A DNA stretch of 49,612 bases from an uncultured Desulfobulbia bacterium (GTDB taxonomy: Bacteria; Desulfobacterota; Desulfobulbia; Desulfobulbales; S012-135), in the NCBI GenBank assembly GCA_964423785.1, contig CAYRGZ010000002.1, forward strand, positions 1 through 49,612, given 5' to 3'. Position 1 is the first letter of the stretch. The number at the start of each line of letters is the position of its first letter. The notes beneath the pieces are model-generated. The model had not been told where the DNA came from. It searched no databases and saw only the letters and a program-made list of their open reading frames with translations. Shown one piece after another: positions 1 through 8,378 of this stretch. Both the position numbers and the translations under genes were made by a program.

Positions 1-93
1 CCCTTCTTCACGCTCCGGCCCATGGGTGTCCATTTGGGCAGGGGCAGTTTTTCAACTCGCGCATTCACATACAGGCTTTGGACGCACCGGAAG

Positions 94-262
94 TCAAGAT
101 ATGCCTGCACATTCAGTGGTCAAGATCGTACCCTCTTCAGGGTAACAAGTTGAGAACACCAATCTTGATGGATTCGTAACAAGTCGAAAAACCGCAAGAC
201 GGCAACAATATACAGAGTGCCACCCTCCGCTACACCACTATATGTTGTGCCAGAAATCTTGA
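94..262. repeat. Cluster of short repeated motifs; candidate protein-binding (arm-type or operator) sites
   Basis: Heptamer TCAAGAT occurs at 94-100 and 120-126, and as its reverse complement ATCTTGA at 162-168 and 256-262. A 9-mer GTAACAAGT is directly repeated at 142-150 and 176-184. The region has no plausible ORF and lies just upstream of the excisionase-type HTH gene. Confidence 0.5.
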
Positions 263-414
263 CTGCTGAATTGTTACGATTCCATAAATCTTAGGTTGGC
301 AGAAAGAAAGCAGCCTCGTTTGTTCTTGACGGCATCTGTCTGTTAATGCATACTGTAATCTGTTTTCGTTGGTATTCATAGCCATTAGGCCTGCAACTGG
401 CAAAGAGGGACGAA

Positions 415-630
415 ATGACTGCTGAAGAACGATGGGTCGGCGTCGAAGATGTGGCTACGCATCTGGGCGTGAATAAAGACTCTGTATATCGCTGGATAGA
501 GAAGATGGGTTTGCCGGCCCATCGCGTCGGAAGGCTTTTTCGGTTCAAGCTTTCAGAGGTGGACGAGTGGGTTAAATCGGGCGGAGCAGCGGAGCCTGAT
601 TCTCAGAATCCAGCCCGAGGGAAAAAGTAA
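415..630 (+). CDS. Excisionase-family / MerR-like helix-turn-helix DNA-binding protein
   Basis: 71-aa ORF. The segment VEDVATHLGVNKDSVYRWIEKMGLPAHRVGRLFRFKLSEVDEWV fits the excisionase-type HTH pattern (LGVS..TVYRW...G.LPA...G+.+RF....+.EW). AGAGGGA lies upstream of the ATG. The stop overlaps the next start (TAATG at 628-632). Confidence 0.75.
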   Translation: MTAEERWVGVEDVATHLGVNKDSVYRWIEKMGLPAHRVGRLFRFKLSEVDEWVKSGGAAEPDSQNPARGKK

Positions 631-2126
631 TGGATGTTTTGCTGACATTCACAGGGTTTCATGACCCCTATTTCAAGGGGCTGGTTGACCAGGAGGAACA
701 GCCTGGCCCTATCCTTTCCCTGCTGAGCACACGCTCGTTCGATCATATCTTTCTTTTCGATACACCCAGTACCCAAAGGGTCACCGAGGAAACGAAGGAC
801 GTCATCTTAAAGCTCCATCGTGGCACTGAGGTTCACGTTCTCGAAATCAACCTTTCCGATCCGACCAATTACCAGGAGATATTCAGGGGCCTTCGTGTCC
901 ACATCCATAGCATCATTGAGGATTTTTCTTCAGCCCGTTTTTTTGTTGCCGTCGCTTCTGGAACCCCGCACATGCATGCTTGCTGGGTTCTCCTCACGGC
1001 GTCCGGCGAGATTCCAGCCCGCATTCTCCATGTGCGCCCCCCGCGTTTCGTAACGAAGGAACATCCGCTCGTGAGCGAGGTGGATTTGTCCTCTCGGGAT
1101 TTCCCTACCGTCAGGTTCCTGGACAGGCCGATCACGGTTGAGGAAGACGAAATCGATGTCAACTCCGTCAGGGTACAGCTCGGCATTGTGGGGGACCACC
1201 CCGCAATGCAGCGTTCACTCGAGATGGGTGCGATGCTGGCCCCATCACAGGCCCCGATTCTCATTCTGGGCGAGACCGGCACAGGCAAGGAGCTGTTCGC
1301 CCGGTACATCCACAGACTAAGTGGGAGGCCGCGGGGGGCCTTCGTCCCTGTAAACTGCGCGGCAATTCCGGAAGACCTTGTCGAAAGCCTGCTGTTTGGT
1401 CATAAGAAAGGAGCCTTTACCGGAGCAGTCAATGACCAGGTCGGCAAGTTTGACACAGCGGACAAGGGGACTCTCTTTCTGGATGAACTTGGAGAGCTGC
1501 CCCTGCCGGCACAGGCCAAACTGCTACGAGTTGTCCAAGATGGGTTGGTGGAGCCGATCGGACAAGCCAAGGCGCATAAAGTTGATGTGCGGATTGTGGC
1601 CGCAACGAATCGGGACTTGCGGAAACTGGTAAGGCAAGGGAAATTCCGCGAAGACCTTTTTTATAGGCTCAATGTTGGTGAAATCAAACTTCCCCCGCTT
1701 CGAGAAAGGCGTTCCGACATCCCCAAATTGGCGCTTCACATTCTCGATAGGCTGAATGGTTCGTTGCGGCGCCCAAAGAGGCTGTCGGCAGAGGCCTTAT
1801 CGAGGCTGCAATCTCACAACTGGGCGGGGAACGTTCGCGACCTGGAGAATGTCATTGAGCGATCTGTTCGGCTTTGTCGTGATGACGTCCTGGATGCTGA
1901 TGACCTCCTGATCACTGAGCCGGTCACTTACGCGGACCCGCTGGATGCGCTTCCTGACCCTTATGAAGGTTTCTCTTTGGATGAGTTCCTTGGCAGTGCT
2001 CGGAAGCAGATGATTCTCCGGGCTCTTGAAGCAGCGAACGGGAACCAGAGTCAGGCAGCTCGAATGCTTGGGATTACTCCCCAGGCGGTGCACAAGTTCC
2101 TGCAGCAATCGAAGCGAAAGACTTAA
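630..2126 (+). CDS. Sigma-54-dependent transcriptional activator with RtcR-like (CARF-type) N-terminal sensor domain
   Basis: 498 aa. The AAA+ sigma-54 interaction module has Walker A GETGTGKE, the GAFTGA loop and Walker B LFLDELGEL. The C-terminal Fis-type HTH is QSQAARMLGITPQAVHKFL. The N-terminal ~140 aa are Rossmann-like, with VAVASGTPHMHACWVLL resembling the ITTGTHVAQICWFLL segment of the E. coli RtcR CARF domain (recalled from memory, not searched). Confidence 0.85.
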   Translation: MDVLLTFTGFHDPYFKGLVDQEEQPGPILSLLSTRSFDHIFLFDTPSTQRVTEETKDVILKLHRGTEVHVLEINLSDPTNYQEIFRGLRVHIHSIIEDFSSARFFVAVASGTPHMHACWVLLTASGEIPARILHVRPPRFVTKEHPLVSEVDLSSRDFPTVRFLDRPITVEEDEIDVNSVRVQLGIVGDHPAMQRSLEMGAMLAPSQAPILILGETGTGKELFARYIHRLSGRPRGAFVPVNCAAIPEDLVESLLFGHKKGAFTGAVNDQVGKFDTADKGTLFLDELGELPLPAQAKLLRVVQDGLVEPIGQAKAHKVDVRIVAATNRDLRKLVRQGKFREDLFYRLNVGEIKLPPLRERRSDIPKLALHILDRLNGSLRRPKRLSAEALSRLQSHNWAGNVRDLENVIERSVRLCRDDVLDADDLLITEPVTYADPLDALPDPYEGFSLDEFLGSARKQMILRALEAANGNQSQAARMLGITPQAVHKFLQQSKRKT

Positions 2127-2143
2127 ACCGGAGTTTAAGATGT

Positions 2144-2159
2144 TTCAACCTGGGTTGAA
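2144..2159. promoter_or_regulatory. 16-bp palindrome; candidate enhancer (UAS) for the sigma-54 activator
   Basis: TTCAACC-TG-GGTTGAA has perfect 7-bp inverted arms. It lies about 80-90 bp upstream of the -24 element at 2237, the usual distance for bEBP binding sites. Confidence 0.35.
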
Positions 2160-2236
2160 GGGCAAGGCTGAAGAGAGGCGAACCGTGAAGGCGTCAATGC
2201 AAGGCATTCCAGCAGGTTATGTATTTTTGCAAAGTG

Positions 2237-2252
2237 TGGCATGGGCATTGCT
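2237..2252 (+). promoter_or_regulatory. Sigma-54 (-24/-12) promoter
   Basis: TGGCAT-GGGCA-TTGCT matches the TGGCAC-N5-TTGCW consensus with correct GG/GC spacing. It sits in the intergenic region directly downstream of the sigma-54 activator gene, about 55 nt upstream of the first operon gene (SD AAAGGAG, ATG at 2307). Confidence 0.7.
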
Positions 2253-2306
2253 TTGTTCGGAACACAGAGAGAATAACCAGTGGTCCGAAACCAGAAAGGA
2301 GCAACC

Positions 2307-2591
2307 ATGTCAGCTTTTACGGTCACCGCAATTATCGATGGGGATACATTCGAGGTTTCCCCTCAGTGGAAATGGAACGGCGAAACCGGCACGCGTGTCC
2401 GGCCAACGGGCTATGACGCTCCAGAGTTGCACGCCTACGGAGGCCAAGCCGCAAAGGACAAACTGTCGAGACTCATTCTCAGAAAAGAAGTCGATCTGCG
2501 GACGGCCTATAAAGTCGACCGCGGGCGGCTTGTTTGCGACGTCTACTTCCGAGGCAAGAACCTCGCTGACTACTTTCCCGAATACCAATAG
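2307..2591 (+). CDS. Small staphylococcal-nuclease (SNase/thermonuclease)-like protein
   Basis: Motifs IIDGDTFEV and RVRPTGYDAPELH (SNase pattern DGDT...R..G.DAPE) and a later VDRGRLVCDVY (YGR.L..V-like). The internal ATG at 2307 has a good SD (AAAGGAGCAACC); the listed ORF begins at 2280. Confidence 0.7.
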   Translation: MSAFTVTAIIDGDTFEVSPQWKWNGETGTRVRPTGYDAPELHAYGGQAAKDKLSRLILRKEVDLRTAYKVDRGRLVCDVYFRGKNLADYFPEYQ

Positions 2592-2594
2592 AGG

Positions 2595-4961
2595 ATGGCT
2601 GTGATGGCACGGAATGAACGGACAACTTGCAAGGAGCTGATCGAGCCGGCTCTCACCCAGGCCGGGTGGGAGTGGAAAGAGCAGCTGCGTATCGGCCCGG
2701 GCCGTGTCAATATCACCGGCGAGAGCATGTATGATGAGACACAGGAGATCATTGCCGATTATCTTCTGCTTTATCGTGGCATCCCGCTGACCATCCTCGA
2801 AGCCAAGGCCGAGTCCGAGAGTGCCGCCGATGGAATGCAGCAAGCTTCGCGCTACGCCCGCCGTTTGCTGATTCGATTCTCCCTGGCATCCAACGGCAAG
2901 GACTGGATTCTCACTGACAACGACACCGGTCATTTTGAGTCCCTCTCAGCACCGCCAACGCCCGAGGACATTGTCACCCGGCTTGGCGTCACTATTGATT
3001 GGGACAGGTGGGAATCCTCATTCACGGCGGGATACCACGTCGACCAAATCACCCGCAAAACGGTTCGCCCCTATCAGGAAATGGCGATAACCAAGACCCT
3101 TTGGCAGTTCGCGCAAGGGCAAACCCGAGCATTACTGCTCATGGCCACTGGTACCGGCAAGACCTTCGTTGTGTTCCAGCTCATCTGGAAATTGATGAAC
3201 GGTAATGCCCTCAAGCGGCAGCACGTGCTGTTTCTCACCGACCGCAACAGCCTTAAGGATCAGGCCTATCGCTCATTCGCAGCCTTTACGGCGGATGAGC
3301 GCGTCACCATCGACAAGGAAACCGTTGCCAAAGGGAAGCACCTGGTTGGCAAGGTGTTCTTCGCCAATTACCAGACCCTCGATGAGGAGCTGGATGGCAA
3401 AAAGGTCTATGAACACTACGACCCGGACTTCTTCGATCTCGTGGTGGTTGACGAGTGTCATCGCTCCGGGTTCGGCGACTGGTTCGGTGTGCTGGAGCAC
3501 TTTGGTTCTGCGCTGCAACTCGGCCTTACCGCGACCCCGCGCGAGCTTGAGGAGGGTAAGCGTGCGCTGACCGAGGAAGAGAAACGACGCGACACCTATC
3601 ATTACTTCGGCGAGCCGATCTACAGTTACAGCCTCAAGCAGGCCATCGAGGATGGATACCTCGTGCCCTATCTGCTCGAGGAGCGTATCACCAACGTCGA
3701 CGAAAATGGCTACACCGGCCCCGACGGCAAGCACTACACAACTTCGAACTTCGAGCGTGACATCCGTATGCCGGATCGCACCCGGGCTATCGCCGAGGAC
3801 CTGTGGGATATCTTCGGCAAGTACGGTCTGCGTGATGAAAAGACCATCGTTTTCTGCGTGGACGACACCCACGCCGCCTTCATGGCCCAGGAACTGCGTC
3901 GACTGGCCGGTGACAACGACTACGCGGCCCGTATCACCCGGGCCGAACGAAACAGCCACCAGTTGGAGCGCAACTTCGCTATCGTCGGTTCCGGCAAGCC
4001 GCGCATAGCCGTAACCGTTGATCTGCTGACCACCGGTTACGACGCGCCGGACGTGAGAAATATCGTCTTTGTTCGTCCGCTGCGCAGCGCGATCCTCTAC
4101 AAGCAGATGAAGGGGCGCGGAACGCGCCTCTGTGAGGATATCAACAAGCGTTACTTTACGATCTTTGACTATTCAGGTGCGAGTCAGCTTGAGGACGCCG
4201 AGTTCGACGGGCACCCCGCCAACCGGCAGAAGGGCGCGCAACCCAAGTCGAAGCCCAGGAGGAAGACAGGCGGCGAAACGACGCTCAAGCCGGTTGGTGA
4301 AGGCGTCTCCGTCATCATCTCGGCGACCAATCGTTATGTCTGCCTGGCCGACGGACGCAAGATTCCCTTCGAGGAATACACCGAGCAGTCACGCGAGTTC
4401 ATCCTCAGCGTTTCCACCAAAAGCCTGGATGAGCTGCTGGCCATCTGGATCGACAAGAAGAGCCGCAAGGAACTGCGCGAGGAGCTTCGGGACCACGACA
4501 TCTATCCTGCTGCTTTCCGCCATTATCTTGACCTTGCGGGTACCGACGACGTGGACATACTTGCCAAGATCGGCTTTAAGCTGGTGCGGGTTCCAACACG
4601 CCGTCACCGGGTCGACAGGTTCTGGGATGAAGAAGATTCATGGTTTCATGCCCAGATTCTCCAGGAGAAACAAGCGGAGATAATTCCTTTTCCATCTCGA
4701 GAAGAACTCCTGATGGCAGCGGAATCACAAGCACCTTACGGTTCTGATTCTTTCAAGCGGCAATTTTGGCAGGTCAGCCTGGATCATTACGCGCTGTTCG
4801 GCATAGACGATTTGGAACAGGCCCGCACGTATGGTGCGCCGCAGTTCGTGGAACAGTTCGGCAGCTTCCAGACGCTGACGCGTCGCTATGGGGGTGCACA
4901 GACACTCAAGGCTGATTTGGAAGCCGTGAAACAGCATCTTTACGTGCCTATGACCGTTTAG
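2595..4961 (+). CDS. hsdR: Type I restriction enzyme R subunit (HsdR), with EcoEI-R-type C-terminal domain
   Basis: The N-terminus NERTTCKELIEPALTQAGWEW is typical of the HsdR N-domain. SF2 helicase motifs are present: LLMATGTGKT (Walker A), VVDECHRS (DEAH box), LGLTATP and QMKGRGTR. The C-terminal tail resembles the EcoEI R C-terminal domain. An alternative start at 2604 has better SD spacing. Confidence 0.9.
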   Translation: MAVMARNERTTCKELIEPALTQAGWEWKEQLRIGPGRVNITGESMYDETQEIIADYLLLYRGIPLTILEAKAESESAADGMQQASRYARRLLIRFSLASNGKDWILTDNDTGHFESLSAPPTPEDIVTRLGVTIDWDRWESSFTAGYHVDQITRKTVRPYQEMAITKTLWQFAQGQTRALLLMATGTGKTFVVFQLIWKLMNGNALKRQHVLFLTDRNSLKDQAYRSFAAFTADERVTIDKETVAKGKHLVGKVFFANYQTLDEELDGKKVYEHYDPDFFDLVVVDECHRSGFGDWFGVLEHFGSALQLGLTATPRELEEGKRALTEEEKRRDTYHYFGEPIYSYSLKQAIEDGYLVPYLLEERITNVDENGYTGPDGKHYTTSNFERDIRMPDRTRAIAEDLWDIFGKYGLRDEKTIVFCVDDTHAAFMAQELRRLAGDNDYAARITRAERNSHQLERNFAIVGSGKPRIAVTVDLLTTGYDAPDVRNIVFVRPLRSAILYKQMKGRGTRLCEDINKRYFTIFDYSGASQLEDAEFDGHPANRQKGAQPKSKPRRKTGGETTLKPVGEGVSVIISATNRYVCLADGRKIPFEEYTEQSREFILSVSTKSLDELLAIWIDKKSRKELREELRDHDIYPAAFRHYLDLAGTDDVDILAKIGFKLVRVPTRRHRVDRFWDEEDSWFHAQILQEKQAEIIPFPSREELLMAAESQAPYGSDSFKRQFWQVSLDHYALFGIDDLEQARTYGAPQFVEQFGSFQTLTRRYGGAQTLKADLEAVKQHLYVPMTV

Positions 4962-4983
4962 TGGAATGCGAAAGGAGTGAACA

Positions 4984-5259
4984 ATGGGAACGAAGAAAGT
5001 GAAGTACAACAAGACCGGCATCGAACAACTCCCCAATAACAAACCTGTCCTGTACAGGATTGAAAGTGCCGGTGGGAACCAGAATTACGTTGGCATTGCC
5101 AAGCGCGGGCGGGTCCGGGAACGTATAGCCGAACATCTCGGCGAGATTCCCGGGACAACTGTTCGTATCGAGCAACTCAGTTCGATCGAAGAAGCACGGC
5201 AAAAAGAGGCGCGCGTAATCAAACGAAACCAGCCGAAATACAATAACCAGGGGAAATAA
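4984..5259 (+). CDS. Stand-alone GIY-YIG nuclease domain protein
   Basis: 91 aa. PVLYRIES...NYVGIAKRGRVRERIAEHL...EEARQKEARVIKRNQPKYN fits the GIY...YIG...R...E...N layout. The SD is AAAGGAG. The stop overlaps the hsdM start (TAATG). Confidence 0.75.
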   Translation: MGTKKVKYNKTGIEQLPNNKPVLYRIESAGGNQNYVGIAKRGRVRERIAEHLGEIPGTTVRIEQLSSIEEARQKEARVIKRNQPKYNNQGK

Positions 5260-7352
5260 TGCGAAAAAACAATGACCACCGCAGGCGGGAAGTTCAACAG
5301 ATCGTCAAGAATGCCTGCGACCAGCTCAACCAGGAGGGCGTGGACGCCCGCAACTACGTTGAGCAACTGGCCTGGCTTTTCTTCCTCAAGGCCTTCGACG
5401 AGGCTGAGTCCCGCAAGGAAGAAGAAGCCGCTTTCGACGACACGCCTTACGAACGCCGTCTCGCCGGCGAGTTCGCCTGGTCGTCCTGGGCCAAGGACAC
5501 CGATCACCCGGACCGGATGCTGGAATTCGTGCAGGGCAAGCTCTGGACCAAGCTCACCAGTCCAGACCCCAAGAAGGGCCTGGGAGATGACCTGCTGGCC
5601 CAGCGTTTCCGACGTATTTTTGACAACGTGCGCAACTACTGCCGACGGGGCGCGTCCTTCGCCAAGGTCGTTCAGCAGGTCGACAAACTGCATTTCTCCG
5701 ATGAAACCGATGTCATCGTGCTCTCGGAGATTTATGAAGATCTCCTCAAGCGCGTGGCCGCCGACTCCGCCGGGTATGCGGGCGAGTTCTACACGCAGAG
5801 GCACATCATCCGCACCATGGTCGAGGTGGTCCAGCCCAAGGCAGGGGACCGTGTTTACGACCCCTGTTTCGGCACGGCGGGTTTCCTTGGCGAGGCCGCC
5901 GATTACATCCGTGAAAGCGCTAACCTCAGCGGCAAGCAGCTTGACAAACTCCAGCGCCACACCTTCTACGGTATAGAAATCAAGCCGCTTACCTACCTGC
6001 TGGGCACCATGAACATGATCCTGCACGGCATCGAGGGAGCCAACCTGGAACTGGCCAACACACTGGAGCTTCACAGTTCGAACGTGCCCGAGAAGGACAA
6101 ATACACCGTCATCCTCTCCAATCCGCCCTATGGCGGGAAAATGGCCCAGAGTCTCCAGAACAATTTCCGTGTCAAATCCAGCGCCACCGAGTGCCTGTTT
6201 GTCCAGCACATCATGGCCAACCTCGCCAGGGGCGGGCGCGCCGGCGTGGTCATCCCGGAAGGTGTGCTTTTCCGCGGCGGGCCCGACCAGAAAGTCCGCA
6301 AGGAACTGCTGGAGCATTTCAACGTCCACACCATTCTTTCGCTCCCTGCGGGCTGTTTCCTGCCTTACACGGGCGTCAAGACCAATGTCATCTTCTTCGA
6401 CCGTCCGAAGACGCAGCCCAAGAGCGGGCAGATGGCCACCAGGAGCGTATGGTTCTATGAACTGACCAACGACGGCTTTGAACTCAAACAGACCCGCAAG
6501 CCTATCGAGGGCAGCCAGATTCCCGACTTCCTGAAAAAATGGAAAAGGCGAGTCACGGGCGAGAACTCCTGGACGGTTCCGGTCGAGGAGATCGTCGAGC
6601 GCGGCTACGACCTGTCGGCCAAGAACCCCAACCGCAAGGACGATTACGAACACCGCCCGGCGCTGGAATTGGTGCAGTCCATCAAGGCTAAGGAAGAGCG
6701 TATCATGCATCTGTTGGTTGAGCTGGAAGCATCATTGTCACGTTTTGATGATATTGATACAGCTTGGCCTACTGTGAAGCTTCGGAAACTAGCACAGAGG
6801 ATTGGTGGTGGTACGCCATCGCGAAAGACCCCAGCCTATTGGGGTGGATCAATTCCTTGGTTCACCGTTGCAGACTTGGAGGACGTTGATGATATTCAGT
6901 GTTTGTCAACAAGTCGAGAATGCATCACGCAACAAGGACTTGAACGGAGTGCGGCAAAATTGATCCCTTCTGGGGCAGTTGTTTTCTCAAGTAGAGTTGT
7001 TGTTGGCAAAGTCGGCATTGCCCAAAATGCCTTGGCAACTAACCAAGATTTTTCATCTTTTGTTCCCTCAGATGATATTACACCAGAGTTCTTAGCCTAC
7101 TATCTAATCAAGGTTAAGAATGACCTTCGAGAGCATCAGCGAGGAGCAACGATCAAAGGTGTTACAACAAAAGTCTTGGACGCAATTGATGTTCCAAAAG
7201 CTCCTGTAGATGCACAACAAACATTAGTAGATGTTATTAAGGAATGTATGGCTTATATCGCTGAGATTGAGAACCTTAATGGCTACCCATCGGAAGAAAT
7301 ATCCCAACTCCGCAAATCGATTTTACGCAAAGCTTTTGCAGGAGAACTATGA
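5259..7352 (+). CDS. hsdM: Type I R-M methyltransferase fused to a single HsdS target-recognition domain (HsdM-HsdS fusion)
   Basis: The HsdM N-domain (ARNYVEQLAWLFFLKAFDE) is followed by SAM motif I VYDPCFGTAGFL and catalytic motif IV SNPPYGG. From about aa 490 there is an HsdS-type TRD (VKLRKLAQRIGGGTPSRKTPAYWGGSIPWFTVADL ... GATIKGVTTKVL) ending in the conserved HsdS helix LRKSILRKAFAGEL. Confidence 0.9.
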   Translation: MRKNNDHRRREVQQIVKNACDQLNQEGVDARNYVEQLAWLFFLKAFDEAESRKEEEAAFDDTPYERRLAGEFAWSSWAKDTDHPDRMLEFVQGKLWTKLTSPDPKKGLGDDLLAQRFRRIFDNVRNYCRRGASFAKVVQQVDKLHFSDETDVIVLSEIYEDLLKRVAADSAGYAGEFYTQRHIIRTMVEVVQPKAGDRVYDPCFGTAGFLGEAADYIRESANLSGKQLDKLQRHTFYGIEIKPLTYLLGTMNMILHGIEGANLELANTLELHSSNVPEKDKYTVILSNPPYGGKMAQSLQNNFRVKSSATECLFVQHIMANLARGGRAGVVIPEGVLFRGGPDQKVRKELLEHFNVHTILSLPAGCFLPYTGVKTNVIFFDRPKTQPKSGQMATRSVWFYELTNDGFELKQTRKPIEGSQIPDFLKKWKRRVTGENSWTVPVEEIVERGYDLSAKNPNRKDDYEHRPALELVQSIKAKEERIMHLLVELEASLSRFDDIDTAWPTVKLRKLAQRIGGGTPSRKTPAYWGGSIPWFTVADLEDVDDIQCLSTSRECITQQGLERSAAKLIPSGAVVFSSRVVVGKVGIAQNALATNQDFSSFVPSDDITPEFLAYYLIKVKNDLREHQRGATIKGVTTKVLDAIDVPKAPVDAQQTLVDVIKECMAYIAEIENLNGYPSEEISQLRKSILRKAFAGEL

Positions 7353-8374
7353 TGCATCGAAGCCAATTGCCAGACAACTTCAGTATGGAGGTGAGCATCC
7401 CGACAGACGAGGATGGGTATCTGGATCGGGAGTGCCCCAACGATGTGTGCGAAGCGGCGTTCAAGATTCTGGTCGATGACTGGAAAGACAAGGTTCGCGA
7501 TGAAGAGGTGTTCTGTCCTGTGTGCGGACATACGGCGACATCCGACAATTGGTTGACACATGATCAGCTTGAATACTGCAAGAGCCGTCTTATGGCAGAA
7601 TTCATGCCGATGCTTGACGCGGAAATGAAACGCATGGCGCGTGATTTCAACCGCAGTATGCCCCGGGGCGGTCTGATCAGCGTATCCATGAGCTACAAGC
7701 CGTCTCGACCTATGACTGTGGTTCCTCTGGAGGCTGCGGAACTGATGCGACAACGGTACGTCTGTGAGTCGTGCGGTTGTCGGTATGCAGCGATAGGGGC
7801 GGCGTTTTTCTGCCCGTCCTGCGGCCACAACTCGGCGCGGACAGCGCTCGTAGAAACCCTGGCGACGGTTCGAAAGTTGCCTGAAGTACGAAAAGCCCTG
7901 GAAGCGGGACTCGACCGCGATGCTTCGGCCAACGCCTACCGACTCATACTCGAAGAAAACATGGGCAAGCTGGTGGCGGCCTTCCAGCGATTTGCTGAGG
8001 CTACCTTCGAGGCGCTTCCCAACGCGGGCGATTTCAGCCCTCGCCGCAACCTGTTCCAGAACCTGCCCCAGTCAAGCGACCTATGGGAACAGGCCATCGG
8101 TGTCCGCTACGAAGCCATGCTTACACCCACAGAGTGGAACGAGTTGCAACGCTGTTTTCAACAACGCCACATCCTGGCGCACAAGGATGGCATAGTGGAC
8201 GAGGATTACCTGAAAAAGACGGGCGACCGGCAGTATCAACCCGGCCAACGCTTGGTCATCAAAGAAGCCGATGTCATGCGCTTCACCGACCTGGTTAAGA
8301 AGCTCACAACTGCTCTGCATGACGCCTGCGTAGATGCAGCGGAAAATGAAAGGATTCATAACCAACGTGGTTGA
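7349..8374 (+). CDS. Double zinc-ribbon protein with C-terminal HEPN-like (Rx4H) domain
   Basis: 341 aa. The start overlaps the hsdMS stop (ATGA at 7349-7352). There are two 4-Cys clusters: CPNDVC...CPVCGH and CESCGC...CPSCGH. The helical C-terminal half carries QQRHILAHKDG (R273-x4-H278, nt 8165-8182). Confidence 0.6.
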   Translation: MMHRSQLPDNFSMEVSIPTDEDGYLDRECPNDVCEAAFKILVDDWKDKVRDEEVFCPVCGHTATSDNWLTHDQLEYCKSRLMAEFMPMLDAEMKRMARDFNRSMPRGGLISVSMSYKPSRPMTVVPLEAAELMRQRYVCESCGCRYAAIGAAFFCPSCGHNSARTALVETLATVRKLPEVRKALEAGLDRDASANAYRLILEENMGKLVAAFQRFAEATFEALPNAGDFSPRRNLFQNLPQSSDLWEQAIGVRYEAMLTPTEWNELQRCFQQRHILAHKDGIVDEDYLKKTGDRQYQPGQRLVIKEADVMRFTDLVKKLTTALHDACVDAAENERIHNQRG

Positions 8375-8378
8375 GGAA

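Noticed and set aside
2026-2604. 192-aa plus-strand ORF spanning the activator 3' end, the intergenic region and the nuclease gene
   Set aside because: It is out of frame with both supported genes and runs through the sigma-54 promoter. It has no motifs.
5085-6710. 541-aa ORF on the minus strand
   Set aside because: It lies entirely antisense to the well-supported hsdM region. The translation is Ala/Gly/Val/Leu/Arg-rich and motif-free, as expected for shadow ORFs in GC-rich DNA.
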